Origin: Gammaproteobacteria bacterium
GTDB taxonomy: Bacteria > Pseudomonadota > Gammaproteobacteria > GCA-001735895
Reading direction: 5' to 3'
NCBI GenBank assembly: GCA_050298595.1
Contig: JBNKUM010000022.1
Span: 1 to 64,000, forward strand
Length of the DNA stretch: 64,000 nucleotides
Shown here in pieces: positions 53,077 through 63,575 of the stretch (position 1 is its first letter; the number at the start of each line of letters is the position of its first letter). The notes below the pieces were generated by a model. The model had not been told where the DNA came from and ran no database searches. It saw only the letters and a list, made by a program, of their open reading frames with translations. A program made the position numbers and the translations under genes.

Positions 53077-53724
53077 TTAGACCGCTATTGGAGGGCGTAT
53101 ATTTGCATCTTTCATGGAAAAATCTGACCTGACAGGTTTAATACCGTTCCAGATACTATTCATCATAAAATCAAAATAATTTGTCAAAGGTTCTTCAATT
53201 GATCCGTCTAATCGCATTTGAATCAACCTCATGGCACTACCAACGATTATTGATGTTGCCACAGCAGTATTTACATCCTTTAAGTCGTCATTCTCTAATA
53301 CTTCAGCGGTAATTTGTCTGATCTTAATAAAAGGAGCCGTATCGAAAATTAAGGGTTGATCTGCTAAAAAATCAGCGTGCCTGGAATGAAACACGAAGGC
53401 GATTATATTTCGATGGGTCTCTGTATGCTGGAACAGTTGCTTTATGATTTCTTCAATCTGTTCGACGGGCGTAGATATTGACTGGGTGACTCCATCGATC
53501 AACTCATCGACTTCATTGACTATATGTTTATATAGCGCTTGAGCGATTCCTTCCTTACCACCAAAATATCTGTAAATTGAGCCGATACTAACATCAGCTA
53601 CTTCCCGGACTTCGTGAATTGATACATTGTGATACCCTTTTTCTACAAAAAGATCCAAAGCAGCGGTCAAGATTTTACAGTCTATGGGTTCAGGGTTTGG
53701 TGGCTGTTTGTTTAAGTAAGGCAT
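53077..53724 (-). CDS. TetR/AcrR-family regulator
   Basis: ILTAALDLFVEKGY..VSIGSIYRYFGGKEG. Confidence 0.9.
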   Translation of the reverse strand: MPYLNKQPPNPEPIDCKILTAALDLFVEKGYHNVSIHEVREVADVSIGSIYRYFGGKEGIAQALYKHIVNEVDELIDGVTQSISTPVEQIEEIIKQLFQHTETHRNIIAFVFHSRHADFLADQPLIFDTAPFIKIRQITAEVLENDDLKDVNTAVATSIIVGSAMRLIQMRLDGSIEEPLTNYFDFMMNSIWNGIKPVRSDFSMKDANIRPPIAV

Positions 53725-54004
53725 AACCCGGTCTCTCCAAAAAATTCTTATTGATTATTTATTTTAAAAAAATCAATAAGCTTAATTTTGTGATTTTACT
53801 CGTTGATTTTCAATGTAATCAGCCTAAACAACTACCTTTTCAGGATAAATAAGGTCGATTTTTGAACTTAAATCCACTCCGTTTTCAGGTAAATTTTTTT
53901 TTACTTAACCTGATATTAGAAAGCTCACAGTTCAGAGCTATCTCTTACACTCTTTTTTCAGAAGATATCATCTTTTCTCTAATAATACTTTGGAATATAA
54001 AAGA

Positions 54005-54033
54005 TTGACAAAAATGAACATTCATTCTATTTT
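54005..54033 (+). promoter_or_regulatory. Sigma70 promoter of the frmA operon with an operator in its spacer
   Basis: TTGACA-N17-TATTTT; palindrome AATGAA-CA-TTCATT at 54013-54026. Confidence 0.7.
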
Positions 54034-54138
54034 GTGGCGATCAACCTGATGTTAGTACAAACTGTCTATTACTGCCGCTATCAAAGCCCAGTTATGGATT
54101 ACTACTAATGAAATGAAAAATTTATTGAAGAGTCTACT

Positions 54139-55248
54139 ATGAAAGCAAAAGCAGCCGTTGCATGGGAAGCCAGAAAACCCTTATCCATTGAAGAAGTCGA
54201 TGTAATGGGGCCGAAAGAGGGTGAAGTACTATTAAAAGTTATTGCCTCTGGGGTATGCCATACCGATGCATTCACACTATCAGGTGAAGATCCAGAAGGT
54301 TCATTTCCCTGCATTTTAGGTCATGAAGGTGGTTGCGAAGTGGTTGAAGTAGGTCCCGGTGTCAAAGACCTAAAGGTTGGAGATCACGTCATTCCATTAT
54401 ATATTGCTGAATGCGGCGACTGTGAATATTGTAACTCAACCAAATCAAATCTCTGCCAAACTATTGCGCCAACCATCTGGACCGGATATATGCCAGATGG
54501 CACTCGTCGATTCTCAAAAAACGGTAAAGATATTTTCCATTATATGGGGTGCTCTACGTTTTCTGAGTACACCGTCGTTCCAGAGATTGCATTAGCAAAA
54601 ATCAATAAAGCTGCGCCACTGGATAAGGTTTGCCTTTTAGGCTGTGGTGTGACCACAGGCATTGGTGCTGTACTTAATACAGCCAAAGTAGAGCCAGGAT
54701 CAACCGTTGCTGTATTTGGACTTGGTGGTATTGGATTGTCCTGTATTCAGGGTGCTGTGATGGCTGGAGCTGAACGCATTATCGGTGTTGACATCAATCC
54801 TGATAAGTTTGAATTTGCCAGACAGCTAGGCGCTACACATTTTGTTAATCCAAATGAGATTAATGGTTCATTCGTAGAATATATGCAGGACACTTTTAAT
54901 GGTGGCCCCGATTACTCCTTTGAATGTATTGGTAATGTGCATGTAATGAGCGATGCTCTGGAATGTACACATATGGGCTGGGGTGTTTCTACCGTAATAG
55001 GTGTTGCCGGTGCCGGGCAGGAAATCGCAACTCGACCTTTCAACCTGGTTGTTGGGCGCACCTGGAAAGGTACTGCTTTTGGCGGCGTAAAAGGTCGTAC
55101 AGAGCTTCCTGGGTATGTTGATCGTTACATGTCTGGTGAGATTGAAATCGATAGTCTGGTTACACATACCATGCCGCTGGAAGACATTAACAGAGCATTT
55201 GATTTAATGCATAGTGGTGAAAGTATTCGTTCAGTCATAATCTTTTAA
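54139..55248 (+). CDS. frmA: S-(hydroxymethyl)glutathione dehydrogenase (class III ADH)
   Basis: [39 protein letters not shown]. Confidence 0.95.
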   Translation: MKAKAAVAWEARKPLSIEEVDVMGPKEGEVLLKVIASGVCHTDAFTLSGEDPEGSFPCILGHEGGCEVVEVGPGVKDLKVGDHVIPLYIAECGDCEYCNSTKSNLCQTIAPTIWTGYMPDGTRRFSKNGKDIFHYMGCSTFSEYTVVPEIALAKINKAAPLDKVCLLGCGVTTGIGAVLNTAKVEPGSTVAVFGLGGIGLSCIQGAVMAGAERIIGVDINPDKFEFARQLGATHFVNPNEINGSFVEYMQDTFNGGPDYSFECIGNVHVMSDALECTHMGWGVSTVIGVAGAGQEIATRPFNLVVGRTWKGTAFGGVKGRTELPGYVDRYMSGEIEIDSLVTHTMPLEDINRAFDLMHSGESIRSVIIF

Positions 55249-55321
55249 TCGGCCTGCTATACAGCAGACAACTGACCAACTAAATACTAATCCAACAGGT
55301 TAAACTTTTAACTCGAAATTA

Positions 55322-56167
55322 ATGACTATTCAAAAAATTGAAAGTATCAAAGAATTTGGCGGCAAGCTAAATCGCTACACACATACCTCTGCAGTTCTGG
55401 ATTGTGAAATGACCTTTTCGGTGTATCTTCCACCACAGGCAGAACAGGAAAATGTGCCCGCGTTGTACTGGTTATCCGGTCTAACCTGTACTGATGATAA
55501 TGCGCGTACCAAAGCGGGCGCACAACGCTATGCTGCAGAGCAGGGTATAGCTTTAATCTTTCCCGACACTAGCCCGCGTGGAGAGGATGTGGCTGATGAA
55601 GCGGATCGTTACGATCTGGGCAAAGGTGCCGGATTTTATACTAATGCTGTGCAGGCTCCCTGGGCTTCACATTATCAAATGTATGACTACGTAACGAAGG
55701 AGTTACCAGCATTAGTCGAGCAGTATTTGCCCTTAATTCCTGGTGTAAGATCGATCTCCGGTCACTCCATGGGGGGACATGGGGCATTAATTTGCGCGCT
55801 TAAAAATCCAGATGCCTATAAATCAGTATCAGCCTTTGCGCCCATCTGTAATCCTGTCAACTGTGGTTGGGGGCAAGGATGTTTTGGTGCGTATCTAGGT
55901 GACGATACCGAAAAATGGAAAGCCTACGATGCAACAGAACTGGTTGAATCAGGCGCCAGGGTTGCTGATATTTTAATCGATCAGGGGCTGGCTGATGAAT
56001 TTTATGACGAGAAACAATTGTTACCTGAAAACTTTCAGAATGCCTGTGATAGAGCAGGTCAGGCGGTAACCATTCGTATGCAGGAAGGTTATGACCATAG
56101 CTATCATTTTATTGCGACATTTATCGGTGAGCATATTGCTTACCATGCCAAAGCATTAAAAAACTAA
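55322..56167 (+). CDS. fghA: S-formylglutathione hydrolase
   Basis: LYWLSGLTC, PDTSPRG, GHSMGGHGAL, GYDHSY. Confidence 0.95.
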   Translation: MTIQKIESIKEFGGKLNRYTHTSAVLDCEMTFSVYLPPQAEQENVPALYWLSGLTCTDDNARTKAGAQRYAAEQGIALIFPDTSPRGEDVADEADRYDLGKGAGFYTNAVQAPWASHYQMYDYVTKELPALVEQYLPLIPGVRSISGHSMGGHGALICALKNPDAYKSVSAFAPICNPVNCGWGQGCFGAYLGDDTEKWKAYDATELVESGARVADILIDQGLADEFYDEKQLLPENFQNACDRAGQAVTIRMQEGYDHSYHFIATFIGEHIAYHAKALKN

Positions 56168-56237
56168 ACTACACTACACGCTCTCTAAGCCCAGGTTTAG
56201 AGAGCATCGAATTCTGTCCTATTAAGCCAGGGTAACT

Positions 56238-57923
56238 ATGAAAGACTCCAGGAAAAAAAAACAAAAGTATTCTTCAAGGGGACGCAGAGCCGATAGTCAA
56301 TCGCTGCAAACCCTGAAACAACTTTTGGGAGAGCAACCGTTACAGCGCGAACTACTAATTGAATATCTACACAAAATTCAGGATGAATTTAAACATCTAT
56401 CTGCCAGCCATTTAACTGCTCTGGCCGACCTACTGAAAATCTCAATTGTAGAAGTCTTTGAAGTGGCCAGTTTTTATCACCACTTTGATGTGGTTGATGA
56501 AAATACAAAGGCTCCTGCTGAATTGACTATTCGTGTATGCGACTCCATCAGTTGCCAGATGAATGGTGCAGATGAACTGATACAAAAACTGCAAAACGAA
56601 GCCTTTGACAATGTGAGAATTCAACGCGTACCCTGTGTTGGACGTTGTGATAAAGCCCCTGTTGCGGTGATTGATAAATACCCCGTAGAATCAGCAGATC
56701 TGGATAAAATCAAACAGATAAAGTCGGAGAGACTTTATGAAGTTCCTCTTATCAATTTGCTCAATAGTGACAAATCAAAGGATTCAGAGGCTTATGCATT
56801 TGTTACCCAGCTACAGAAGAATTTCGATGAAGCAAAGAAAGAGCAGATTATCAGTGAGCTGGAGACTTCCAATTTAAGAGGACTGGGTGGTGCTGGATTT
56901 CCAGTTGGTCGTAAATGGCGTATTCTAAGTACTCAAAAAGCTCCTCGTACTATGGCCGTTAATATAGACGAGGGTGAACCTGGAACCTTTAAAGATCATT
57001 ATTATCTGCAAAAGGATCCACAGCAATTTATTGAGGGCATGCTAATAGCGGCGCTTACGGTTGATATAGATGTGATCTATATTTATCTGCGCGACGAATA
57101 TCCTGCCTGTCATGCAATGCTTGAGCTTGAGTTAGAAAAACTTAAGGCTAACCCTCCTTACGATTTACCAGAAATTCATTTACGCAGAGGTGCTGGCGCT
57201 TATATCTGTGGTGAAGAATCTGCCATGATTGAATCTATAGAAGGTAAACGCGGTATGCCTCGCTTACGTCCACCCTATGTGGCCGAAGTGGGTGTACATG
57301 GTCGGCCGACACTCGTGCAAAACATGGAAACCCTGTATTGGGTACGCGATATTATCGCAAAGGGTACGGAGTGGTTTACTACACAGGGGCGGAACGGTCG
57401 TACTGGAATGCGTTCCTTCTCAGTCAGTGGCCGCGTAAAAAAACCGGGCGTTCATTTTGCACCTGCGGGTATCACACTGCAGGAATTAATCGATGAATAC
57501 TGTGAAGGCATGCTGGAAGGGCATAAGCTGTATGGCTATCTACCAGGCGGCGCTTCTGGCGGTATTTTACCGGCCAGCAAGGCAGATATCCCACTTGATT
57601 TCGATACCTTGAATGATCATGGTTGTTTTATCGGCTCGGCTGCGGTGATTGTATTCTCCGATGCTGATTCAGCTCGACAGATAGCTACTAATGCCATGCA
57701 TTTCTTTGAACATGAATCCTGCGGGCAATGCACACCCTGTCGAGTTGGCACCGCTAAAGCGGTTAAGTTGATGCAACAGGAAATCTGGGATACAGAATTG
57801 ATGCAGGAACTATCTACAGTCATGCGAGACGCATCAATCTGCGGATTGGGGCAGGCGGCGCCTAACCCTATGGATTGTGTAATCAAATACTTTCCGGATG
57901 AAATTAACGGGAGTAAATCATGA
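56238..57923 (+). CDS. NAD-dependent formate dehydrogenase beta subunit (NuoE+NuoF-like)
   Basis: VCDSISC..CVGRC; LRGLGGAGFP; DEGEPGTFKD; GAYICGEESA; ESCGQCTPCR. Confidence 0.92.
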   Translation: MKDSRKKKQKYSSRGRRADSQSLQTLKQLLGEQPLQRELLIEYLHKIQDEFKHLSASHLTALADLLKISIVEVFEVASFYHHFDVVDENTKAPAELTIRVCDSISCQMNGADELIQKLQNEAFDNVRIQRVPCVGRCDKAPVAVIDKYPVESADLDKIKQIKSERLYEVPLINLLNSDKSKDSEAYAFVTQLQKNFDEAKKEQIISELETSNLRGLGGAGFPVGRKWRILSTQKAPRTMAVNIDEGEPGTFKDHYYLQKDPQQFIEGMLIAALTVDIDVIYIYLRDEYPACHAMLELELEKLKANPPYDLPEIHLRRGAGAYICGEESAMIESIEGKRGMPRLRPPYVAEVGVHGRPTLVQNMETLYWVRDIIAKGTEWFTTQGRNGRTGMRSFSVSGRVKKPGVHFAPAGITLQELIDEYCEGMLEGHKLYGYLPGGASGGILPASKADIPLDFDTLNDHGCFIGSAAVIVFSDADSARQIATNAMHFFEHESCGQCTPCRVGTAKAVKLMQQEIWDTELMQELSTVMRDASICGLGQAAPNPMDCVIKYFPDEINGSKS

Positions 57924-60634
57924 GTATTGAGTTTAGTTTGAATGGTGAAACAATCACCGCCAATACCGATGAAACCATTTTAAAAGCAGCTCAGCGTCAT
58001 GGCGTTGAAATCCCTCACTTATGTTACAAAGACGGACTGGGTGAATCGGGAAACTGTCGTGCCTGTATGGTAGAGATAGAAGGAGAGCGTGTATTATCGC
58101 CATCCTGTTGCCGTAGACCGACAGCGGATATGAAGGTGCATAGCAGTAACGAACGTGCGGTAAAATCTCAGAAACTGGTGCTGGAGCTACTGCAATCTGA
58201 TATGGCACAGGAAGCCTATACCAGGCATAACGAATTAGACTACTGGGCGGATAAATTAGAGCTTGATGCACCACGCTTCGAGCCACGCACAGATAAAGTC
58301 GCCAGAGATGAATCACATCCGGCGATGACGATAAACCTGGATGCCTGTATCCATTGTACCCGTTGTTTACGCGCCTGCCGTGATATTCAGGTAAACGATA
58401 TTATCGGACTGTCACAGCGCGGATCACAAACTAAAATTGTTTTTGACCTTGATGACGCAATGGGAAAAAGTGCCTGTGTCGGTTGTGGTGAATGTGCTCA
58501 GGCCTGTCCGACTGGAGCCATCATGCCTGCGGGTGGTGTCGGTCTTATTGAACCAGATAAAACTGTTGACTCTGTCTGTCCTTATTGCGGGGTAGGGTGC
58601 CTGCTTACCTATTATGTTAAAGACAATAAAATCCTGTATGCAAAGGGACGCAATGGTCCGGCGAATAAAGGCCGACTTTGTGTCAAAGGTCGTTTTGGTT
58701 TTGATTATATCCATCATCCAGAGCGCCTGACTAAACCTCTGATTCGACGCAGTGACGCTCCAAAAACAGCTGAGCTCAATTATCAACCAGAGAATCCTTT
58801 GGCGCTATTTCGTGAAGCCAGCTGGGAGGAAGCACTTGATTTTGCTGCGCAGGGTTTACGTGACATCATTGATAATGAAGGCAAATATGCACTGGCAGGT
58901 CTGGGCTCTGCCAAAGGCAGCTGTGAAGAGGCTTATTTATTTCAGAAATTAATCCGTACCGGATTTGGCACCAATAATGTTGACCACTGTACACGCCTGT
59001 GTCATGCATCATCGGTAACTGCGTTACTGGAAGGTCTTGGTTCCGGCGCAGTGTCGAACCCAATGGCCGATGTGAGTCATTCAGATGTCATTATCGTTAT
59101 AGGTTCTAATCCGACAGTCAATCATCCAGTTGGAGCCACATGGATGAAAAATGCGATTAATAACGGAACCCAGCTGATTTTGATGGACCCTAGAGGTTCA
59201 GATATGAAACGGCATGCCTCTCATTTTGTTCAGTTCAAGCCAGCTTCAGATGTCGCCTTACTGAATGCCATGATGAATGTCATTGTGACTGAGGATCTGG
59301 TAGATCAGGATTTTCTGGATTCGCATACTGAGCAATACGAAAAACTCAGAGTACATTTACAGACTTATACACCCGAAGCTATGCAAGATATCTGTGGAGT
59401 TTCTGCACAGCAGATACGAGAAGTAGCACGTCTATATGCAACCGCTGATAACGCTATGATCCTGTGGGGTATGGGTGTTTCGCAGCATGTTCATGGGACG
59501 GACAATGCACGCTGCCTGATTTCACTGTGTATGATTACCGGACAGATTGGCCGTCCAGGAACAGGATTGCATCCCTTACGAGGTCAGAATAATGTACAGG
59601 GTGCTTCTGACGTAGGCCTGATACCTATGGTTTTTCCAAATTATCAATCAGTAGCTGATCCTTCGGTACAACAACGATTTACTCAACTATGGCAGGTCGA
59701 TGAGCTGGATGATAAACCTGGCCTGACAACAGTAGAGATGATGAATCATGCCTACGATGGCTTAATCAAAGGTATGTACATTGAAGGTGAAAACCCCGCC
59801 ATGTCAGACCCTGATGTTCTGCATGCAAGAACCGCGCTGTCAAGACTGGAGCATCTGGTGGTACAGGATATCTTCATGACAGAAACTGCCTATTATGCCG
59901 ATGTCATTTTGCCAGCTGCTGCCAACCCAGAAAAGACTGGTAGTTATATTAATTCGGATCGTACCGTGCAAATGGGACGTCAGGCGGTAACACCTCCAGG
60001 TAGTGCTCAACCGGACTGGTGGTCGATTCAGGAGATTGCGCGCCGATTAGGTCTGGACTGGAACTACTCTGGCCCTGAGGAAATTTTCAATGAAATGCGC
60101 CAGTCTATGGATTCCATTGCCGGAATAACCTGGTCACGTTTAGAGCAGGAAAGTGTAACCTATCCCTGCCATGAGGAAGGTGATCCAGGTGAACCGATTA
60201 TCTTCAAGGATGGTTTCCCAACCACTACAGGACGGGCAAAACTTGTGCCTGCCGATATCGTACCACCTGATGAGCAGCCGGATAAAGAATATCCATTTAT
60301 TCTAATTACCGGAAGACAACTGGAACATTGGCATACAGGCAGCATGACTCGACGAACAGCGGTACTTGATGAACTAGAACCCGAGCCATGGGTGTCTGTC
60401 AATGTACGTGATGCATTGTCTCTGGGTCTTGACGAGAATTCTTCATTAACACTGCAATCACGTCGAGGGGCACTTAAGGCCAATGTAAGGTTGAGTGACA
60501 ACCTTCCCGCTGGCACGGTGTTTATGCCGTTTTGTTATTTTGAAGCGGCCGCTAACGTACTGACCAATGCAGCGCTAGATCCTCAGGCAAAAATCGCGGA
60601 GGTCAAGTATTGCGCGGTTCGACTGATATCCTGA
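57920..60634 (+). CDS. fdhF: Formate dehydrogenase alpha subunit (Mo/W-bis-PGD, Cys-type)
   Basis: Fe-S motifs, CPYCGVGC, NNVDHCTRLCHAS, LRGQNNVQG; ATGA overlap with the beta subunit. Confidence 0.93.
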   Translation: MSIEFSLNGETITANTDETILKAAQRHGVEIPHLCYKDGLGESGNCRACMVEIEGERVLSPSCCRRPTADMKVHSSNERAVKSQKLVLELLQSDMAQEAYTRHNELDYWADKLELDAPRFEPRTDKVARDESHPAMTINLDACIHCTRCLRACRDIQVNDIIGLSQRGSQTKIVFDLDDAMGKSACVGCGECAQACPTGAIMPAGGVGLIEPDKTVDSVCPYCGVGCLLTYYVKDNKILYAKGRNGPANKGRLCVKGRFGFDYIHHPERLTKPLIRRSDAPKTAELNYQPENPLALFREASWEEALDFAAQGLRDIIDNEGKYALAGLGSAKGSCEEAYLFQKLIRTGFGTNNVDHCTRLCHASSVTALLEGLGSGAVSNPMADVSHSDVIIVIGSNPTVNHPVGATWMKNAINNGTQLILMDPRGSDMKRHASHFVQFKPASDVALLNAMMNVIVTEDLVDQDFLDSHTEQYEKLRVHLQTYTPEAMQDICGVSAQQIREVARLYATADNAMILWGMGVSQHVHGTDNARCLISLCMITGQIGRPGTGLHPLRGQNNVQGASDVGLIPMVFPNYQSVADPSVQQRFTQLWQVDELDDKPGLTTVEMMNHAYDGLIKGMYIEGENPAMSDPDVLHARTALSRLEHLVVQDIFMTETAYYADVILPAAANPEKTGSYINSDRTVQMGRQAVTPPGSAQPDWWSIQEIARRLGLDWNYSGPEEIFNEMRQSMDSIAGITWSRLEQESVTYPCHEEGDPGEPIIFKDGFPTTTGRAKLVPADIVPPDEQPDKEYPFILITGRQLEHWHTGSMTRRTAVLDELEPEPWVSVNVRDALSLGLDENSSLTLQSRRGALKANVRLSDNLPAGTVFMPFCYFEAAANVLTNAALDPQAKIAEVKYCAVRLIS

Positions 60635-61265
60635 AGCTCTAGAGAAAGTCAAATGGATGCAGGATAGCTGCTGCATTTAATCATTATGAGGGTGGTTATT
60701 ATGATCAGTTGTAATCCTCTAGCTTTAACTTATGCAACGCTCTGCCTGACACTTATGTCAGGTAGCTAAACCTATGCTGTCTCAAATGATAATTCAACTG
60801 TAAAGGTGGCATAGCCAAATATAGCTGAGGCACTACATTCTGCGTGATGGGGCGGGATAGGTCTTTTCAACGTTTATCAACCTGGTTTTATTTATACTAC
60901 CGTTGGAATTAGTTGCACAAAATCAGTCCAATTATTTGGTAAAAACTAGCCAAAAAGCCTGCAGTCACGGCTTACATGAGCAACCAAATGAAGGACCTTT
61001 TGCAGTATTTTTATTTTGCGACGATGCTGGAGGATCAAACATTGGAGTAATATTAACAGAAAAAGGTGCTGGTCCTGGAAAAATAATGGTTAGAAAGTAG
61101 AATTTGAAGTTGGACAGGGCCAGAAAGGGCCATGTGCAAATAAAGTTAAATCTCTCTAGTTCCGCCATATAGCTAAGAATTATAAAGGCGTGAAAAATTC
61201 GTGGGGTTATCCGGGATCTTGGCGGATATCAATATAAATAGGAGATTATTGGTTGATCTTTCGGC

Positions 61266-61294
61266 TTGTAATATGAAAATATGGCCTTTATACT
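61266..61294 (+). promoter_or_regulatory. Putative sigma70 promoter of the MNIO locus
   Basis: TTGTAA-N17-TATACT, then AAGGAG (61315-61320) before the ATG at 61329. Confidence 0.55.
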
Positions 61295-61328
61295 TCCTAT
61301 TCTTTTAACTGCTTAAGGAGTAGGTTTT

Positions 61329-61571
61329 ATGGAAATACCTGCAGCAATGGCATTAGAAAAAGATGTACTTCGTTCCAACATCGTTCGCGTCACTATCCCC
61401 GCTACGGTTGCCTACAATCTCGACAGGATGCGTAAGGTTACCGATTCTATCCTCGACAGACTGGGTTGCTCTAACTGCCATTCCGGTTTCGATCTCCGTT
61501 TCGATATTGAGAGACAGTTTGTCGTCGATGAGAAGCTTAACGTACGAGTAGTAGGCGAACAGATTCGGTAG
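61329..61571 (+). CDS. 80-aa putative MNIO substrate / RiPP precursor with internal CxxCH motif
   Basis: Strong RBS; LDRLGCSNCHSGFD contains its only cysteines (C47, C50); the stop overlaps the MNIO start (TAGTG). Confidence 0.75.
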   Translation: MEIPAAMALEKDVLRSNIVRVTIPATVAYNLDRMRKVTDSILDRLGCSNCHSGFDLRFDIERQFVVDEKLNVRVVGEQIR

Positions 61572-63031
61572 TGAAGACGCCAGGACTTGGTGTAGGCCTT
61601 GTCTATATCCCGGGACTCGAACCATTGTTCGAGTCCCAGGATGGTTCTGTTCAGGTCCTGGAGCTAGAGCCTCAGGCGTTGTGGCGCCAGTATCCCAATA
61701 GGCCCCAGCCCTATACCAACCAAATAGAGCTACTGAACTGCTTCAAGGACTGGCCACAGCATAAGATTGTCCATGGGGTAGGATTTCCTGTGGGTGGATC
61801 ACGCTTGCCGGACCCACGTCATCTACCACCGTTGCGCGAGGCTATTGAGACCATCGGTGCCAAGTGGGCGAGCGAACACCTGGTGTTCAACGAAGCAGAA
61901 GATCACAACGGCTCGGTCTATCAAACCGGTTTCTTTTTACCACCACTATTGACCCCCGCTGGTATTGAGGCCGTGGTGCCTATTATCCGTTCGGTATCTG
62001 CAGATATCCCTGTACCTTTCGCTATCGAAACACCAGCCAACTACCTTCAGCCTCTTCCTGGACAGTTACGGGATGGCGAATTCACTGCCGCTGTAGCCGA
62101 GCAGGCCGACTGTGGAATCCTGCTTGATATTCACAATATCTGGACCAATGAACAAAACGGACGGCAGAGTGTCGAGGAATTTCTCAGTGAGATCCCACTG
62201 GATCGAGTGTGGGAGATCCATCTGGCCGGCGGCTTGAAGTATGGTGATTTCTGGCTCGATGCCCATTCGGGTGATATCCCCCGTCCGGTTCTCGAATGGA
62301 CCCGGCGACTTATACCGCAACTGCCAAACCTGGGCGCCATCATCTATGAATTGTTGCCTGCCTATTTCCCCTCTTTTGGTCTGGAGGGTGTGCGAAAGGC
62401 ACTTGATGAAATGCATGAAGTCTGGGCCCTACGAAACACTCCGACCCTTGCCACTTCACCTTTACCCGACCCACCACCGAAGACTGAACCGCCATTCGAC
62501 ACGACCCTACCATCGGAGTGGGAAAATACCCTGGCCGGTACCATCGTGGCTTACCACGCTAATGAGTCGCCCTTGGCCCGGCAGGTAGCCGTAGATCCGG
62601 CGGTAGAACTCGTGCGGAGTCTCAACAAGAAATTCCGCATGAGCGCAGTTGTCACTAACCTGAGGCTTTCTGTTCGCCAACTGATCCTCTCACTGTCAGA
62701 AGCGGAGTTTGATCAACTCATCCAGGATTACTGCACAACCGTGCGTCCGCAACGTTTCGGTGCCGCTGAAGCTAAAAACTTCGCCGACTTTATCGGTAGG
62801 CGGAAAATGGAGATCCCATATCTGGCCGAAGTGCTCAACTACGAAGTTGCAGCTATCGACGTGATCGCCGACAGATGTTCACGGATTGTGCCTTTTTCAG
62901 TAGATCCTGAGACTTTACTGGAGGCTCTGGCAATGGGTAAGTTGCCGGAAAACATCACAAGCGGTAACTACGAAGCTGAGGTCGTACCGCCGGATGTGGA
63001 TCCGTTGGTTAACAATCCACTCTATCACTGA
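61571..63031 (+). CDS. DUF692 family multinuclear non-heme iron oxidase (MbnB/TglH/ChrH-like) with C-terminal extension
   Basis: GVGL start, HGVGFPVGG, WASEHL, IETPANY, LLDIHNI, EIHLAGG, LDAHSG, IIYE; then a Pro-rich linker and ~180 extra residues. Confidence 0.9.
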   Translation: MKTPGLGVGLVYIPGLEPLFESQDGSVQVLELEPQALWRQYPNRPQPYTNQIELLNCFKDWPQHKIVHGVGFPVGGSRLPDPRHLPPLREAIETIGAKWASEHLVFNEAEDHNGSVYQTGFFLPPLLTPAGIEAVVPIIRSVSADIPVPFAIETPANYLQPLPGQLRDGEFTAAVAEQADCGILLDIHNIWTNEQNGRQSVEEFLSEIPLDRVWEIHLAGGLKYGDFWLDAHSGDIPRPVLEWTRRLIPQLPNLGAIIYELLPAYFPSFGLEGVRKALDEMHEVWALRNTPTLATSPLPDPPPKTEPPFDTTLPSEWENTLAGTIVAYHANESPLARQVAVDPAVELVRSLNKKFRMSAVVTNLRLSVRQLILSLSEAEFDQLIQDYCTTVRPQRFGAAEAKNFADFIGRRKMEIPYLAEVLNYEVAAIDVIADRCSRIVPFSVDPETLLEALAMGKLPENITSGNYEAEVVPPDVDPLVNNPLYH

Positions 63032-63362
63032 CAGGTTTTGTAAGTATGTGGTGATAAATCTCAACATGAAATACGGCTAACAATAGTTCTTTCACCCTCT
63101 GGGAAAAGGACAGGTAGCATACATGAAACATCAACCCGGCTTTCCCATTTGAGCGAATGGTATTGCTATATAATCATAAGTACCGACTATTGATCTTTAT
63201 CTTGGATTAGACAAATGATTTCGTCTTCACTAAGAGGCATTTCACTGATAGGCTTTTTAACCTATCTTCACGGAAGTTTGTCTTTCAATTTTCTGATTAA
63301 TAGCCAGTGTAATGCTCATAACTAAAAATGCCCCAAGACCTGCTAATGCCATGCCGTCCAAT

Positions 63363-63575
63363 TTCCACATGCTATTCCTGGATGGCGTATACACAAAAAA
63401 CTAACAGGGGAAGACAAGGTTCCAACGTTCCTTAGCCCAAAATCAACAAGAACTGGGCTAACTGGTTCACACGATCAGTCACCGTGTAGCCCGCTATCTT
63501 GTACGTCAGGGTCTTCTCGAACGTGATGAAGAAAACAGCTACCTGCAACTGGATGGTATCCCATGCAACAACTGA
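63363..63575 (+). pseudogene. IS91/ISCR-family transposase remnant
   Basis: FHMLFLDGVYTKN*QGKTRF..LVHTISHRVARYLVRQGLLERDEENSYL, with stops. Confidence 0.8.

Noticed and set aside
57920-60634. Selenocysteine in the FDH alpha subunit
   Set aside because: The active site is DHCTRLCHAS with Cys codons and there is no in-frame TGA.
61467-61481. CSNCH read as a c-type heme attachment motif
   Set aside because: The protein has no signal peptide, heme c attachment is extracytoplasmic, and coupling to a DUF692 enzyme explains the cysteines better.
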